The position numbers and the translations under genes were made by a program. The notes below the pieces were generated by a model, which saw nothing but the letters and a program-made list of their open reading frames with translations, was not told the origin of the DNA and made no database searches. This document shows, one piece after another, positions 47,744 to 57,126 of a stretch of 64,000 nt of DNA. How positions within the stretch are numbered: the stretch's first letter is position 1; the number at the start of each line of letters is the position of its first letter. Origin of the DNA: Phycisphaerae bacterium. GTDB lineage: Bacteria > Planctomycetota > Phycisphaerae > WQYP01. The stretch covers positions 591 through 64,590 of the forward strand of contig DATJSN010000045.1 of assembly GCA_035504095.1 (NCBI GenBank), given 5' to 3'.

Positions 47744-47773
47744 GGTCGCATTCATATGCGGCCTTTTTTATTT
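47744..47773 (+). terminator. Rho-independent terminator after the PEP-CTERM gene
   Basis: 8 bp stem GGTCGCAT / ATGCGGCC (one G-U pair) with loop TCAT, followed by TTTTTTATTT. Confidence 0.7.
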
Positions 47774-47838
47774 CACATCGCGTAAGTTCATACTTTAAAC
47801 TACTGGAGGCTTTTCCATTACTTTTATAAGATCACAGC

Positions 47839-49950
47839 ATGAATCATCTCGCCGGTGAAAAATCTCCTTACCTGCTCCAACACGTCAAAAATCCGATTGA
47901 CTGGTATCCGTGGGGTACTGAAGCATTTGCCAAAGCAAAACGTGAAAATAAGCCCATTTTTCTTTCCGTCGGATATGCCGCCTGCCATTGGTGCCATGTA
48001 ATGGAAAGGGAATCGTTTGTCGATCGGCAGATCGCGGACTTTCTCAACGGACATTTTGTGGCGATAAAGGTGGACCGGGAAGAACGTCCTGACGTTGACG
48101 CCATTTACATGGAGTTTGTAACAGCCACGACAGGCCGCGGCGGCTGGCCGATGACGGCGTTCTTAACTCCTGACCTGCAACCTTTTATGGGCGGTACTTA
48201 TTTTCCGCCTGAAGATCGTGGCGGCATGCCCGGCCTGAAAAGCATTTTGATCCGTATCAATGAGTTATGGGTTAAGGAACGGGAAAAAATAACAAATTAT
48301 GTTCAACAAATCAGAGAAGTCTTGTGGGAAAAACCTTTGGAAACGCCATTGGAAGATGCCGATTTATCTCCCGCGCCGTTGAATGCCGGTTACGAACCGC
48401 TCCGAGCGCATTTTGACTCGACTTTCGGTGGTTTCGGCTCTGAACCAAAATTTCCCTCGCCGACAACGCTGGATTTTCTTCTGCATTATTATCACCGCTC
48501 CGGTAAGCGTGAAGCCCTGGAAATGGTTCTCAAGACGCTCAAGGCCATGGCCAATGGCGGCATCTACGACCAATTGGGCGGTGGCTTTCATCGCTATTCA
48601 ACCGACCGGCGATGGTTTTTGCCGCACTTTGAAAAAATGCTTTATGACCAGGCGCAATTAACGAACGTTTATCTTGACGCATGGCTGATCACACGCGACC
48701 CGTTTTTTACCGACATTGCCCGCGACGTTTTGGAATATGTCTTGCGCGAAATGACCGCTCCAGATGGAAACTTTTTTTGTGCCCAGGATGCCGACAGTGC
48801 TCTGGCCGACGACGCATCTGGAGAAAAACATGAGGGTGCTTTCTTTATCTGGAGTTTTCAGGAACTTGCCGCTGCGTTGACATCAGATGAATTGCAAACT
48901 TTTACCCACCATTATGGCGTTAAAGAAAAAGGCAACGTCGAACATGACCCCTTTAATGAATTTGCCGGTAAAAATGCGCTCTATATCGCAAATACAATCG
49001 ATCAGACGGCCAAACAATTTGCCAAAAGCACCTATGAAGTAGCGGAATTAGTAAAAAGTGCCCGACATAAACTGCTGCGCATTCGCGGCCAAAGGCCCCA
49101 TCCGCTCCTTGACGATAAATCGCTGGTTTCCTGGAATGGCCTGATGATTCGGACATTTGCCCGTGCAGGTCGCGTTCTTTCCGAACCCCGCTATCTGTTA
49201 GCCGCCACCAAAGCCGCGGAGTTTATCTATGCGAATCTCTATAACCCACAGACCACGACATTGCTGCGCCGATGGCGTGACGGCCAGGCCGCAATCACCG
49301 GTTTTCTTGATGACTATGCATTTTTAATTCAGGCTCTGTTGGATCTCTATGAATGCACATTAGAGATTCGCTGGCTTAAGTGGGCAGATCAACTGCAGGA
49401 TGCTCAGGATAAATTATTCTGGGATTCACAGCGGAATGGGTATTATTTTACTCCGGCTGATGCTGCCAGTTCACTTCCCCGAACCAGAGATCGTGGTGAC
49501 AACGTTGAACCCGCTGGTAACTCGGTTGCGGCCCTGAATTTATTGCGTTTCGGATATATACTCGACCAAAAAGACCGCATCCTGAAAGCTAAAAAGACGC
49601 TCAGTTCTTTTACGGAGCAATTCAACCACTCCCCCACCGCCTGGACGACGATGCTGACGGCGTTGAATTGGTATCTGAATAAACCCAGGCAAATCATTTT
49701 GGCTGGCAGTCCGTCGGCTCAATCGACTTTGGATATGCTGCATCATGTTTTCAATCTTTATATGCCAATCCAAGTGCTTCTTTGCGCCGATGGCGGAACG
49801 GGTCAAAATTTCCTGGGCCAATATGTGGAATTTATCAAAGCCATCAAAGTTATTGATGGCAAAACCACGGTATATGTTTGCCATGACTACACTTGTCAGA
49901 CGCCGACTTCCGACCCGGCTGAACTATCCAAAATTCTGCAACAGGCTTAA
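47839..49950 (+). CDS. Thioredoxin-domain protein (DUF255, YyaL/SPATA20-like) with a six-hairpin glycosidase-like domain
   Basis: [23 protein letters not shown] is the DUF255 hallmark; 703 aa. Confidence 0.9.
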   Translation: MNHLAGEKSPYLLQHVKNPIDWYPWGTEAFAKAKRENKPIFLSVGYAACHWCHVMERESFVDRQIADFLNGHFVAIKVDREERPDVDAIYMEFVTATTGRGGWPMTAFLTPDLQPFMGGTYFPPEDRGGMPGLKSILIRINELWVKEREKITNYVQQIREVLWEKPLETPLEDADLSPAPLNAGYEPLRAHFDSTFGGFGSEPKFPSPTTLDFLLHYYHRSGKREALEMVLKTLKAMANGGIYDQLGGGFHRYSTDRRWFLPHFEKMLYDQAQLTNVYLDAWLITRDPFFTDIARDVLEYVLREMTAPDGNFFCAQDADSALADDASGEKHEGAFFIWSFQELAAALTSDELQTFTHHYGVKEKGNVEHDPFNEFAGKNALYIANTIDQTAKQFAKSTYEVAELVKSARHKLLRIRGQRPHPLLDDKSLVSWNGLMIRTFARAGRVLSEPRYLLAATKAAEFIYANLYNPQTTTLLRRWRDGQAAITGFLDDYAFLIQALLDLYECTLEIRWLKWADQLQDAQDKLFWDSQRNGYYFTPADAASSLPRTRDRGDNVEPAGNSVAALNLLRFGYILDQKDRILKAKKTLSSFTEQFNHSPTAWTTMLTALNWYLNKPRQIILAGSPSAQSTLDMLHHVFNLYMPIQVLLCADGGTGQNFLGQYVEFIKAIKVIDGKTTVYVCHDYTCQTPTSDPAELSKILQQA

Positions 49951-49954
49951 AGCT

Positions 49955-50773
49955 CTAATCAAGAACTCTTCGAAGACATTCGACCATGGGACGCTGACGG
50001 AATAATTCCAGGCCGCGTTGTGCCTGGTTTTCGCGAAGCTCGGTATTTTTTAGATAATCCAAACATGTTTGTGTTATCTGTTCATACGCAACATCAGCGA
50101 TCATGCCACTGAAAGGATTGGCTGGAGAATCTTCGGAAATCACGCAACATCCATTATTGAGCAGATACGAAACCCTTACCTGCTCCATGATTTTTGTCTG
50201 ATAGTAGTGGACATTCAACACAATCTTGGCGCGGGCAATCCAAGCATCGCGTTGCGCGCCATAAAGACCATAAATGGTTTCCAAACGACAACGTTGCCGA
50301 AGTTCGTCAAATATCTTTTGGCGGCGCGCATTCATTGAGCCGTAAAATAGCACATCGACGTCCTGGGTGGCATGGGGAATGGCCCTTAACGCCTCGTGAA
50401 AGCCAATCGGCAGAAGTTTTAGATTGTTTAAACCCTTTCCCTTAAGAAAAGCGATGTTGTCCGGACTGAAATCCCAGATTTCACGTGCACGCTGAAGCAC
50501 TGCCAGCCGAGTGGCGTTAAACCAGCCTTCCTTGTCAGAAAGTTGTTCCAATTGATAGATAATGCAATCATAGCCCTTTGGGATCGATTCAGCAGCAACC
50601 AGATGATATCCCAGCAGCACATTGACCGCTTGGGAATCCAACTCGTTAATCCTTAATGTCGAGGTCCGTCCAAGTGACGCAAATGAATAGTGCAGCAGCC
50701 GACCGATATCCCACAACGCCATGGAATGCGGATAGTTCGCCGGTTGCGCCAAGATCACGTTATAGCCGATCAT
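49955..50773 (-). CDS. Hypothetical protein, possibly GT-B-like glycosyltransferase C-terminal half
   Basis: 272 aa; DVLFYGSMNARRQKIFDEL...VISE resembles GT-B C-terminal domains. Weak evidence. Confidence 0.5.
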   Translation of the reverse strand: MIGYNVILAQPANYPHSMALWDIGRLLHYSFASLGRTSTLRINELDSQAVNVLLGYHLVAAESIPKGYDCIIYQLEQLSDKEGWFNATRLAVLQRAREIWDFSPDNIAFLKGKGLNNLKLLPIGFHEALRAIPHATQDVDVLFYGSMNARRQKIFDELRQRCRLETIYGLYGAQRDAWIARAKIVLNVHYYQTKIMEQVRVSYLLNNGCCVISEDSPANPFSGMIADVAYEQITQTCLDYLKNTELRENQAQRGLELFRQRPMVECLRRVLD

Positions 50774-50969
50774 TTTTCCACTGTTCTAAATAAAATGCAG
50801 ATTCCATGTTAAAACGTGTTTCATAATCCAAGATTATTCCAACCACTTTTTTATCGCAAGCAAAGATTGCCATGCGAACGACTGAGCTTCACAACCTTCA
50901 TCATTTGTTAATTTTTTTGCAGGCAAACCACTTATAATGATGATAGAATCAACGCACTTTTGGTGAGAC

Positions 50970-51653
50970 ATGAAAAGAAAATCGAATAAACACCGGGTGG
51001 TATTTCTCTTCGACGTGGACAATACGCTTCTGGATAACGATCACGTAGTCCGAGACCTTCAAGAGCATTTGGACCGGAAATTCGGCGTCGAATCGCGCAA
51101 GCGTTATTTTGAAATTTTTGAAGAATTGCGGAGCGAACTCGGATATGCGGACTATCTTGGCGCCTTACAGCGTTATCGTCTGGGAAATCCCACCGAGCCC
51201 AGGCTGTTGGAGATGTCATCTTTTCTGGTGGATTACCCTTTCGCCAACCGGCTTTATCCCAATTCACTCGACGCCGTAGCGCACTGTAAGCAATGGGGAC
51301 CGGCGGTCGTATTATCCGATGGAGACGTGGTATTCCAGCCGCGCAAGGTGCAACGCTCCGGGATTTTCGAAGCTGTCGACGGCCACGTTTTGATTTACAT
51401 TCACAAGGAGCAGATGCTCGACGACGTTGCCGCACGTTATCCAGCCGATCATTATGTGCTGATCGATGACAAAGTGCGGATTTTGGCCGCCGTTAAGGAG
51501 CGCTGGGGACCGCAGCTTACAACGGTATTCCCTCGTCAGGGCCATTATGCCCTGGATCAGAAAGCCGTTCGATCGTTTCCGCCACCGGATATCAAACTCG
51601 AGCGCATCGGCGATTTGACCCAATATGATCTGGTGGATTTAATTAAACCCTGA
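50970..51653 (+). CDS. HAD-superfamily hydrolase
   Basis: Motif I FLFDVDNTLLDN (DxDxT); 227 aa. Confidence 0.75.
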   Translation: MKRKSNKHRVVFLFDVDNTLLDNDHVVRDLQEHLDRKFGVESRKRYFEIFEELRSELGYADYLGALQRYRLGNPTEPRLLEMSSFLVDYPFANRLYPNSLDAVAHCKQWGPAVVLSDGDVVFQPRKVQRSGIFEAVDGHVLIYIHKEQMLDDVAARYPADHYVLIDDKVRILAAVKERWGPQLTTVFPRQGHYALDQKAVRSFPPPDIKLERIGDLTQYDLVDLIKP

Positions 51654-51674
51654 TAACCGTTTGGAGAACAAGCG

Positions 51675-52595
51675 ATGGTAGGCGGATATAACAAACCTTT
51701 GTACATTTTGCCGTTCGATCATCGTCATTCCTATGGCGCGGAAGTGTTCGGCTATCACGACCCGCTTACACCAGCACAGATTGAAGATATCGCCCAAAGC
51801 AAAGCCGTGATTTACGGAGGCTTTAAAGCGGCGCTTGAAGCCGGGGTATCCCGTCAATACGCGGGTATTCTCGTGGATGAAGAGTTCGGCGCCGCCATAT
51901 TGGAAGACGCCTTTCATCATGGCTACATCATGGCGCTCTCCACGGAAAAAAGCGGTCAGCACGAATTCGACTTTGAATACGGCAACGATTTCGCCAAACA
52001 TATTGAACGCTTCAATCCGACATTCGCTAAGGTCCTGGTTCGCTATAACCCGGACGGCGACGCAGAAATGAACAAAAGACAGGCCGACCGACTGAAAAAG
52101 CTTTCGCAATATCTCACCTCCACAAATCGGCACTTTATGTTTGAATTACTTGTTCCCGCTGAACCGCGACAGCTTGAACAACTCGGCGGTGACAAACAAA
52201 AATATGATCTTCAGTTGCGTCCGAAACTGATGGTTAAAGCAATTCAACAACTCCAGGACGCCGGGGTTGAACCGGATATATGGAAAATCGAGGGACTTGA
52301 AAGCCGCGACGATTGCCGCGTCATCGTCGATATCGCCCGCCGTGGAGGTCGAAATGATGTCGGATGTATTGTTCTGGGCAGAGGCGAAAGCGAAGCCAAG
52401 GTGATCCAATGGTTGAAAATCGCCGCCGGCGTACCGGGTTTTATTGGTTTTGCCGTCGGCCGGTCCAGCTTTTTACAATCCATTAAAGATTTGCGAGCGG
52501 GCAAAATTGACCGGGGAATTGCGGTCTCTCACGTGGCGGAAAAATACCGTGAATGGGTTGATGTCTTTCAGAATGCTCAGAGAAATGCTTCGTGA
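51675..52595 (+). CDS. DUF2090-like protein (putative sugar-phosphate aldolase / IolC C-terminal-like TIM barrel)
   Basis: MVGGYNKPLYILPFDHRHSYG N-terminus as recalled for DUF2090. The function is inferred only. Confidence 0.5.
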   Translation: MVGGYNKPLYILPFDHRHSYGAEVFGYHDPLTPAQIEDIAQSKAVIYGGFKAALEAGVSRQYAGILVDEEFGAAILEDAFHHGYIMALSTEKSGQHEFDFEYGNDFAKHIERFNPTFAKVLVRYNPDGDAEMNKRQADRLKKLSQYLTSTNRHFMFELLVPAEPRQLEQLGGDKQKYDLQLRPKLMVKAIQQLQDAGVEPDIWKIEGLESRDDCRVIVDIARRGGRNDVGCIVLGRGESEAKVIQWLKIAAGVPGFIGFAVGRSSFLQSIKDLRAGKIDRGIAVSHVAEKYREWVDVFQNAQRNAS

Positions 52596-53356
52596 CAAAA
52601 TCAGATCAAGCAGCTTTAGACAATCATGCTGCGGCCGCTTTACCGCCGAAGTTTTCCATCCTTATTCCCGCGCACAACGAAGAAAAATTCATCGGTAAAT
52701 GCCTGGAGTCTATTCACGCTGCTGCCAGAGCGTACCCGCACCAGGTCGAAATCATTGTGGCGTTAAATCGCTGTACCGACCGAACCTCAGAAATAGCCGC
52801 ATCCCTTGGCGCTGTTATTGTCGAGCAGCCTGAAAAAAGCATTGCCAAAACGCGCAATGCCGCCGCACGCGCCTCGCGCGGAGACATCATTGTTACCATT
52901 GACGCCGATTCCGTCATGTCCCCGGATATGCTGGTTCAAATTGATCAGGCCATCACCAGCGGTAAATTTATTGGCGGCGGCGTGAGGATTATGCCGGACC
53001 GTTATTCCCTGGGAATTCTTTTTACGGCGATTGTTCTTATTCCCATTCTTTTATTTCATCGTTTTTCCGGAGGATTATTCTGGTGCCGGCGTGAAACTTT
53101 TGAAACTCTTGGCGGCTTTGACGAAACCATGGTTTCGGTCGAAGACATCGATTTTTCCCGCCGATTGCGTCTTTATGGAAAATCCCGCGGCCTGCGTTTT
53201 ACCACGCTTTGGAAACCTTATATCGTTACATCGACGCGCAAGGCCGATTACTTTGGGGATTGGCATTTGCTGCGCAACCCCGGCCTGGTTGTGCGTCTTT
53301 TGAGCGGTCGCGACCGCACCGCTGCCGACCAATATTACTACGATGTTCGGCGCTGA
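52592..53356 (+). CDS. Glycosyltransferase family 2, polyprenyl-phosphate sugar synthase-like (ArnC/DPM1-type)
   Basis: FSILIPAHNEEKFIGKCLESI; DxD TIDADS; 254 aa; start overlaps the upstream gene. Confidence 0.8.
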   Translation: MTKSDQAALDNHAAAALPPKFSILIPAHNEEKFIGKCLESIHAAARAYPHQVEIIVALNRCTDRTSEIAASLGAVIVEQPEKSIAKTRNAAARASRGDIIVTIDADSVMSPDMLVQIDQAITSGKFIGGGVRIMPDRYSLGILFTAIVLIPILLFHRFSGGLFWCRRETFETLGGFDETMVSVEDIDFSRRLRLYGKSRGLRFTTLWKPYIVTSTRKADYFGDWHLLRNPGLVVRLLSGRDRTAADQYYYDVRR

Positions 53357-53371
53357 CGTATTGATTCCCCA

Positions 53372-54610
53372 CTACTGCGGCGGAAGATATAGATTAGCTA
53401 TATTTGCCTGCACCTGGTCCTGCGGAATTTTAGACAGATATTCTGCATAACCCTTTTTGCCATAAGCATTTTGCGCTTCGAGCAAAAGTGGAATTAAAGT
53501 ATCCGTGTCGATTTTTGCCCTCTGCGAACGAGGCCATTTCTTTTCATAAAACGCATAAGGTAGAATGTAATCAAGTGCTTGTTGAATCCCTGCCCCGTCC
53601 TGAGTTTTAAAATGCCATAAGTCCACGCCGGCGCTACGCGCCAGATTCGCCAGGTCCGTCTGGGCGGTCAGGTTAAACAGACAATAACTCAACCCCTCAT
53701 TGCGCACCTGTTCGAGTGGTTGCTCACCGTCGGGCTTAATTTGCCCGGGTATGCGTTTGGTCTGATCGTGCATAAAAATAGCTTTGGCTTCGTCTGTTTT
53801 GCCTAAATAAAGTAAAAGCGCTGCTTCCTGAACGTTAATCCATGTCCCGTGATTATTTTCTGCGCTGCGTTCGGCCTTGGCGTTGGGGCTGGTATCCAGC
53901 CATGAATCATAAGCCTCTAACCACGTATGCATTTGTTGTGCGTCCTGGTTGCTCCAACCCGGGGCGTCGTTTAACAATCCCAACGCGTCGACAAGCTGGT
54001 ACATCCAGCGAAATTCAATAAGCCCTTCGCCGCGAATCGTATTATCCCCAAGCACTAACTGCGCCGCTTTCATGTTTGGATTCATCCGTGTTGCCGGGTC
54101 CAGAAACCAAACTCGCAATAATTCTCCCGCATGTTCGGAATACGCTGCATTTCCCGTAAACCAGTAAGCTAGTGCAAGTCTGTATATGGCGGGTATCACC
54201 TTCTGAAAGCGCGGTGAGTCTCCCTGATTGATCACGGCGTGGTCGTAATATCCGTCCCGGCGAATGTAAGGCAAGCCATTGGGTGTATTGGGGTTCGGCC
54301 AGTAATAGTCGGCATACGAAACATAATCGTGTTTATCGCCTGATGGGCCTGCCTTGGGTTTGTCCATCACTGAAAGAGGTTTTATGTCCAAATCCTGATT
54401 GGCCTGATCGATTAGCGACTGCAAAGCCGATTCCAGCGCCGGGTCTTTTTGTTCTAAACGGTTGCGGACATCAACCAATGCCTGCGGACTTATTGAAAAC
54501 ACCCGTGGCAACTCAACAGGCGTCTGGCTATCCCCCATTGCGGGTGTGAACGCGAAAAGAAGCGAAATCGCCAGCAATAGGATTAACCCGAGAAGAAATT
54601 TTTTGAGCAT
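53372..54610 (-). CDS. Secreted alginate-lyase-family / polysaccharide-lyase-like protein
   Basis: Signal peptide. YADYYWPNPNTPNGLPYIRRDGYYDH resembles the Alginate_lyase (PF05426) conserved block. The family call is from memory, hence moderate confidence. Confidence 0.55.
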   Translation of the reverse strand: MLKKFLLGLILLLAISLLFAFTPAMGDSQTPVELPRVFSISPQALVDVRNRLEQKDPALESALQSLIDQANQDLDIKPLSVMDKPKAGPSGDKHDYVSYADYYWPNPNTPNGLPYIRRDGYYDHAVINQGDSPRFQKVIPAIYRLALAYWFTGNAAYSEHAGELLRVWFLDPATRMNPNMKAAQLVLGDNTIRGEGLIEFRWMYQLVDALGLLNDAPGWSNQDAQQMHTWLEAYDSWLDTSPNAKAERSAENNHGTWINVQEAALLLYLGKTDEAKAIFMHDQTKRIPGQIKPDGEQPLEQVRNEGLSYCLFNLTAQTDLANLARSAGVDLWHFKTQDGAGIQQALDYILPYAFYEKKWPRSQRAKIDTDTLIPLLLEAQNAYGKKGYAEYLSKIPQDQVQANIANLYLPPQ

Positions 54611-54774
54611 GTATATTCCTTAAACCATTAGCCCACCTATATAACGCCGAATAGGCAATCTTATTATTGTACTTTTAGCCTTTCTACTTTTAAATTATTA
54701 CTCCAATCCGGTCCCTTGGACTCGCCCAGGCCTATTCGTATAATCTGCTCTGGTTTTTTTGTTAGAGGTTCTAG

Positions 54775-55179
54775 ATGAAATTTATTGTCGAAGAAGTTAA
54801 GCCTGGATTCATCACACTCAACGCTCCGGGCACAAATTATCGCAACACATTCAAATGGGCCGGCACACAGATGCCCGAGGTCGGCAAAAAAATATTTGGA
54901 ACTATTTACGCCGTGGCCCGAAAAATTGAAGAAGTCAGCGACGGCGGCAACTATGTGGAGCCCCTTTTTGGCCTGCCGCGTCGCATGCAGGGACTGGTAT
55001 TGTCTCAGGACACGCTGAAAAACGAGTTATTGGTATTGGTTGGTTATCAGGTCCGCGTAACTGTTCCTGCAACCCAGAATGCTGGTGATTTTGCCGTCGG
55101 TTCGCGCGTCGGCTGGGATAACGCCGAACAACCGTCATTTATGGCTGAAGCATCCGACGCAATAACCACCGGCGCATAA
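54775..55179 (+). CDS. Hypothetical protein
   Basis: 134 aa ORF. The TTGTTAGAGGTTCTAG motif lies immediately 5' of its ATG. Confidence 0.5.
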   Translation: MKFIVEEVKPGFITLNAPGTNYRNTFKWAGTQMPEVGKKIFGTIYAVARKIEEVSDGGNYVEPLFGLPRRMQGLVLSQDTLKNELLVLVGYQVRVTVPATQNAGDFAVGSRVGWDNAEQPSFMAEASDAITTGA

Positions 55180-55229
55180 ATTCGTCGCGGTGCAGAATCA
55201 ACCTGCCAATGCTAGAATATTGCCTGAAC

Positions 55230-55301
55230 GCGGGCGTAACTCAATGGCAGAGTGCCAGCCTTCCAAGCTGGCTGTTGTGGGTTCGAGTCCCATCGCCCGC
55301 T
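55230..55301 (+). tRNA. tRNA-Gly (anticodon UCC)
   Basis: Manual fold: acceptor GCGGGCG/CGCCCGC, D-arm ACTC-AATGGCA-GAGT, anticodon stem CCAGC/GCTGG with loop CTTCCAA, T-arm GTGGG-TTCGAGT-CCCAT, discriminator T; 72 nt. Confidence 0.9.
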
Positions 55302-55415
55302 TTAAATTGACACTTCTGTACTGCAGTTTTTTGACAGAATTGTGAAATAACCTAGAATTCATTTTTCGCATCTTCGCATTACTTCGCGTCGAAGATCGCC
55401 CGGATCCACTAAAAA

Positions 55416-57089
55416 ATGGAAATCGGTGTGGCAATTTACCAGGAACATACTCCAAGTTTTGCAGACAAGTTAGCCACACGGCAATCTGCCGTTCTGAACT
55501 CTCCTTCCAACCTTTTTTTCGGCGGCCGATTTGACCGTGTGTGTGACTGGTGGGTCATAGCGTTGCTTATTATGGCAGTGTCTTGGCGGCTTATCGCATT
55601 TTTCCTGCGCATGCCAATGTGGGGCGATGAAGCCATGCTCGATCTGAACATTATGAATCGCAGCCTCTCCCAAATGCTTCGCCCGTTGGATTACGGCCAG
55701 GTGGCGCCGCCGTTGTTTCTAATTGGCGAATGGTTGATGCAGCATATCTTCGGTTCTTCGGAATTTGCCGTACGGCTCTTGCCGCTGGCGGCTGGACTCG
55801 CGGCAGTGGTCATCTTTTGGCAATGGAGCCGGATGCTTCTCGGTTCATTAGGAACGTTAATCGCCGTAGGTTTTTTTGCTCTGGGTTATTACCTGGTGCG
55901 GCACAGTGTCGAGATGAAGCCTTATTCAATGGACCAATTCGCCTCGTTGTGCCTTTATTTTCTTGGTACGGCATGGCTGATTAAACCCAAACCGTTTTAT
56001 CTACTCGCAGCCGCGGTTTTGATGCCGATTTTGTTCGGACTCTCTTATCCTGTGGTCTTTGTCGCCGGCGGTTTATGCCTGGCCGTGGTGGTGGAATTAT
56101 TAAAAAACCGCTCCATTGCTAACTGGTTTGCATGGTTCATTTATACCGTCGCCACACTGATTAGTTTTCTGGCCGTGCTGAAAATTGCCGGCGAAGGCCA
56201 ATATCAACAAACCGCACCGGCCATGCTGGCGTACTGGCAGGACTCTTTCCCGCCTCATAATCCATTCAGGTTTGTGATCTGGCTTATAAACATCCATACG
56301 GGCAACATGTTTGCCTATCCTGTGGGCGGTAGAAACGGCGGCAGCACTGCGACTTTTCTTTTATTCCTGGTGGGTTTGGCGGTTTTTTACCAACGCAAAA
56401 GAAAATTCCTGGTTTTATTGCTTGCACCTTTTGCTCTTACTTTTATTGCCGCTGTAATGCAGCGTTATCCCTATGGAGGAAGCGACCGCGTAGCTCAACA
56501 TCTTGCTCCAGTGATCTGCCTTTTGGCCGGTGCAGGCGTTGCCTCTCTGGTGGAATGGTTTGTGCAGCGAAAAGACTGGATCAGTGCAACGCCCTATGTT
56601 GCCGGTATTCTGTTCATGATTGTGGGAATAATTGGCATAACCAAAGACATTATTCACCCATATAAAACGCCTGCGGACCAGAAAGCCCGGCAGATTGTCG
56701 AAAATGTTTTATCGTTGCAACGCGGCGGCAGTGGCGTTGCAGTGCTTCAGCGGCAATCCGCTGTTCCGGTCAACTTTCAGCTTTATTTGCGCTGGTCTGG
56801 AAATGGAATCATTTGGAATGCTCTGGCCGATCAGACTTGGACGTACATGCCAACCCCGCACTGGGTCGAATTGAATTTCGATTCAAACTTAAGCGGTAAC
56901 GCGCTTTTGCCTCAGTCAAATAACGCTCAGGACATATGGCAAGTTACCGGCCAGGATACATGGTACGTGCAAATCGGGCCACAGCAGTACGGCCCTACGT
57001 TTTGCCAGGCGGTTTATTTGACCAAAGGCTTAGCGGCTTCAAATTCAGCCGCAACAACGACAAATGAGCCTTCGCTACAGCCTCAATAA
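55416..57089 (+). CDS. GT-C fold membrane glycosyltransferase (ArnT / GT39 / GT83-like)
   Basis: About 12 predicted TM helices; the first periplasmic loop motif PMWGDEAM (DE catalytic motif) matches ArnT/PMT-type lipid-linked-sugar transferases. Confidence 0.65.
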   Translation: MEIGVAIYQEHTPSFADKLATRQSAVLNSPSNLFFGGRFDRVCDWWVIALLIMAVSWRLIAFFLRMPMWGDEAMLDLNIMNRSLSQMLRPLDYGQVAPPLFLIGEWLMQHIFGSSEFAVRLLPLAAGLAAVVIFWQWSRMLLGSLGTLIAVGFFALGYYLVRHSVEMKPYSMDQFASLCLYFLGTAWLIKPKPFYLLAAAVLMPILFGLSYPVVFVAGGLCLAVVVELLKNRSIANWFAWFIYTVATLISFLAVLKIAGEGQYQQTAPAMLAYWQDSFPPHNPFRFVIWLINIHTGNMFAYPVGGRNGGSTATFLLFLVGLAVFYQRKRKFLVLLLAPFALTFIAAVMQRYPYGGSDRVAQHLAPVICLLAGAGVASLVEWFVQRKDWISATPYVAGILFMIVGIIGITKDIIHPYKTPADQKARQIVENVLSLQRGGSGVAVLQRQSAVPVNFQLYLRWSGNGIIWNALADQTWTYMPTPHWVELNFDSNLSGNALLPQSNNAQDIWQVTGQDTWYVQIGPQQYGPTFCQAVYLTKGLAASNSAATTTNEPSLQPQ

Positions 57090-57126
57090 AAATATAAAGC
57101 AGTAGACAATTCCGTCGCGGCAACCG

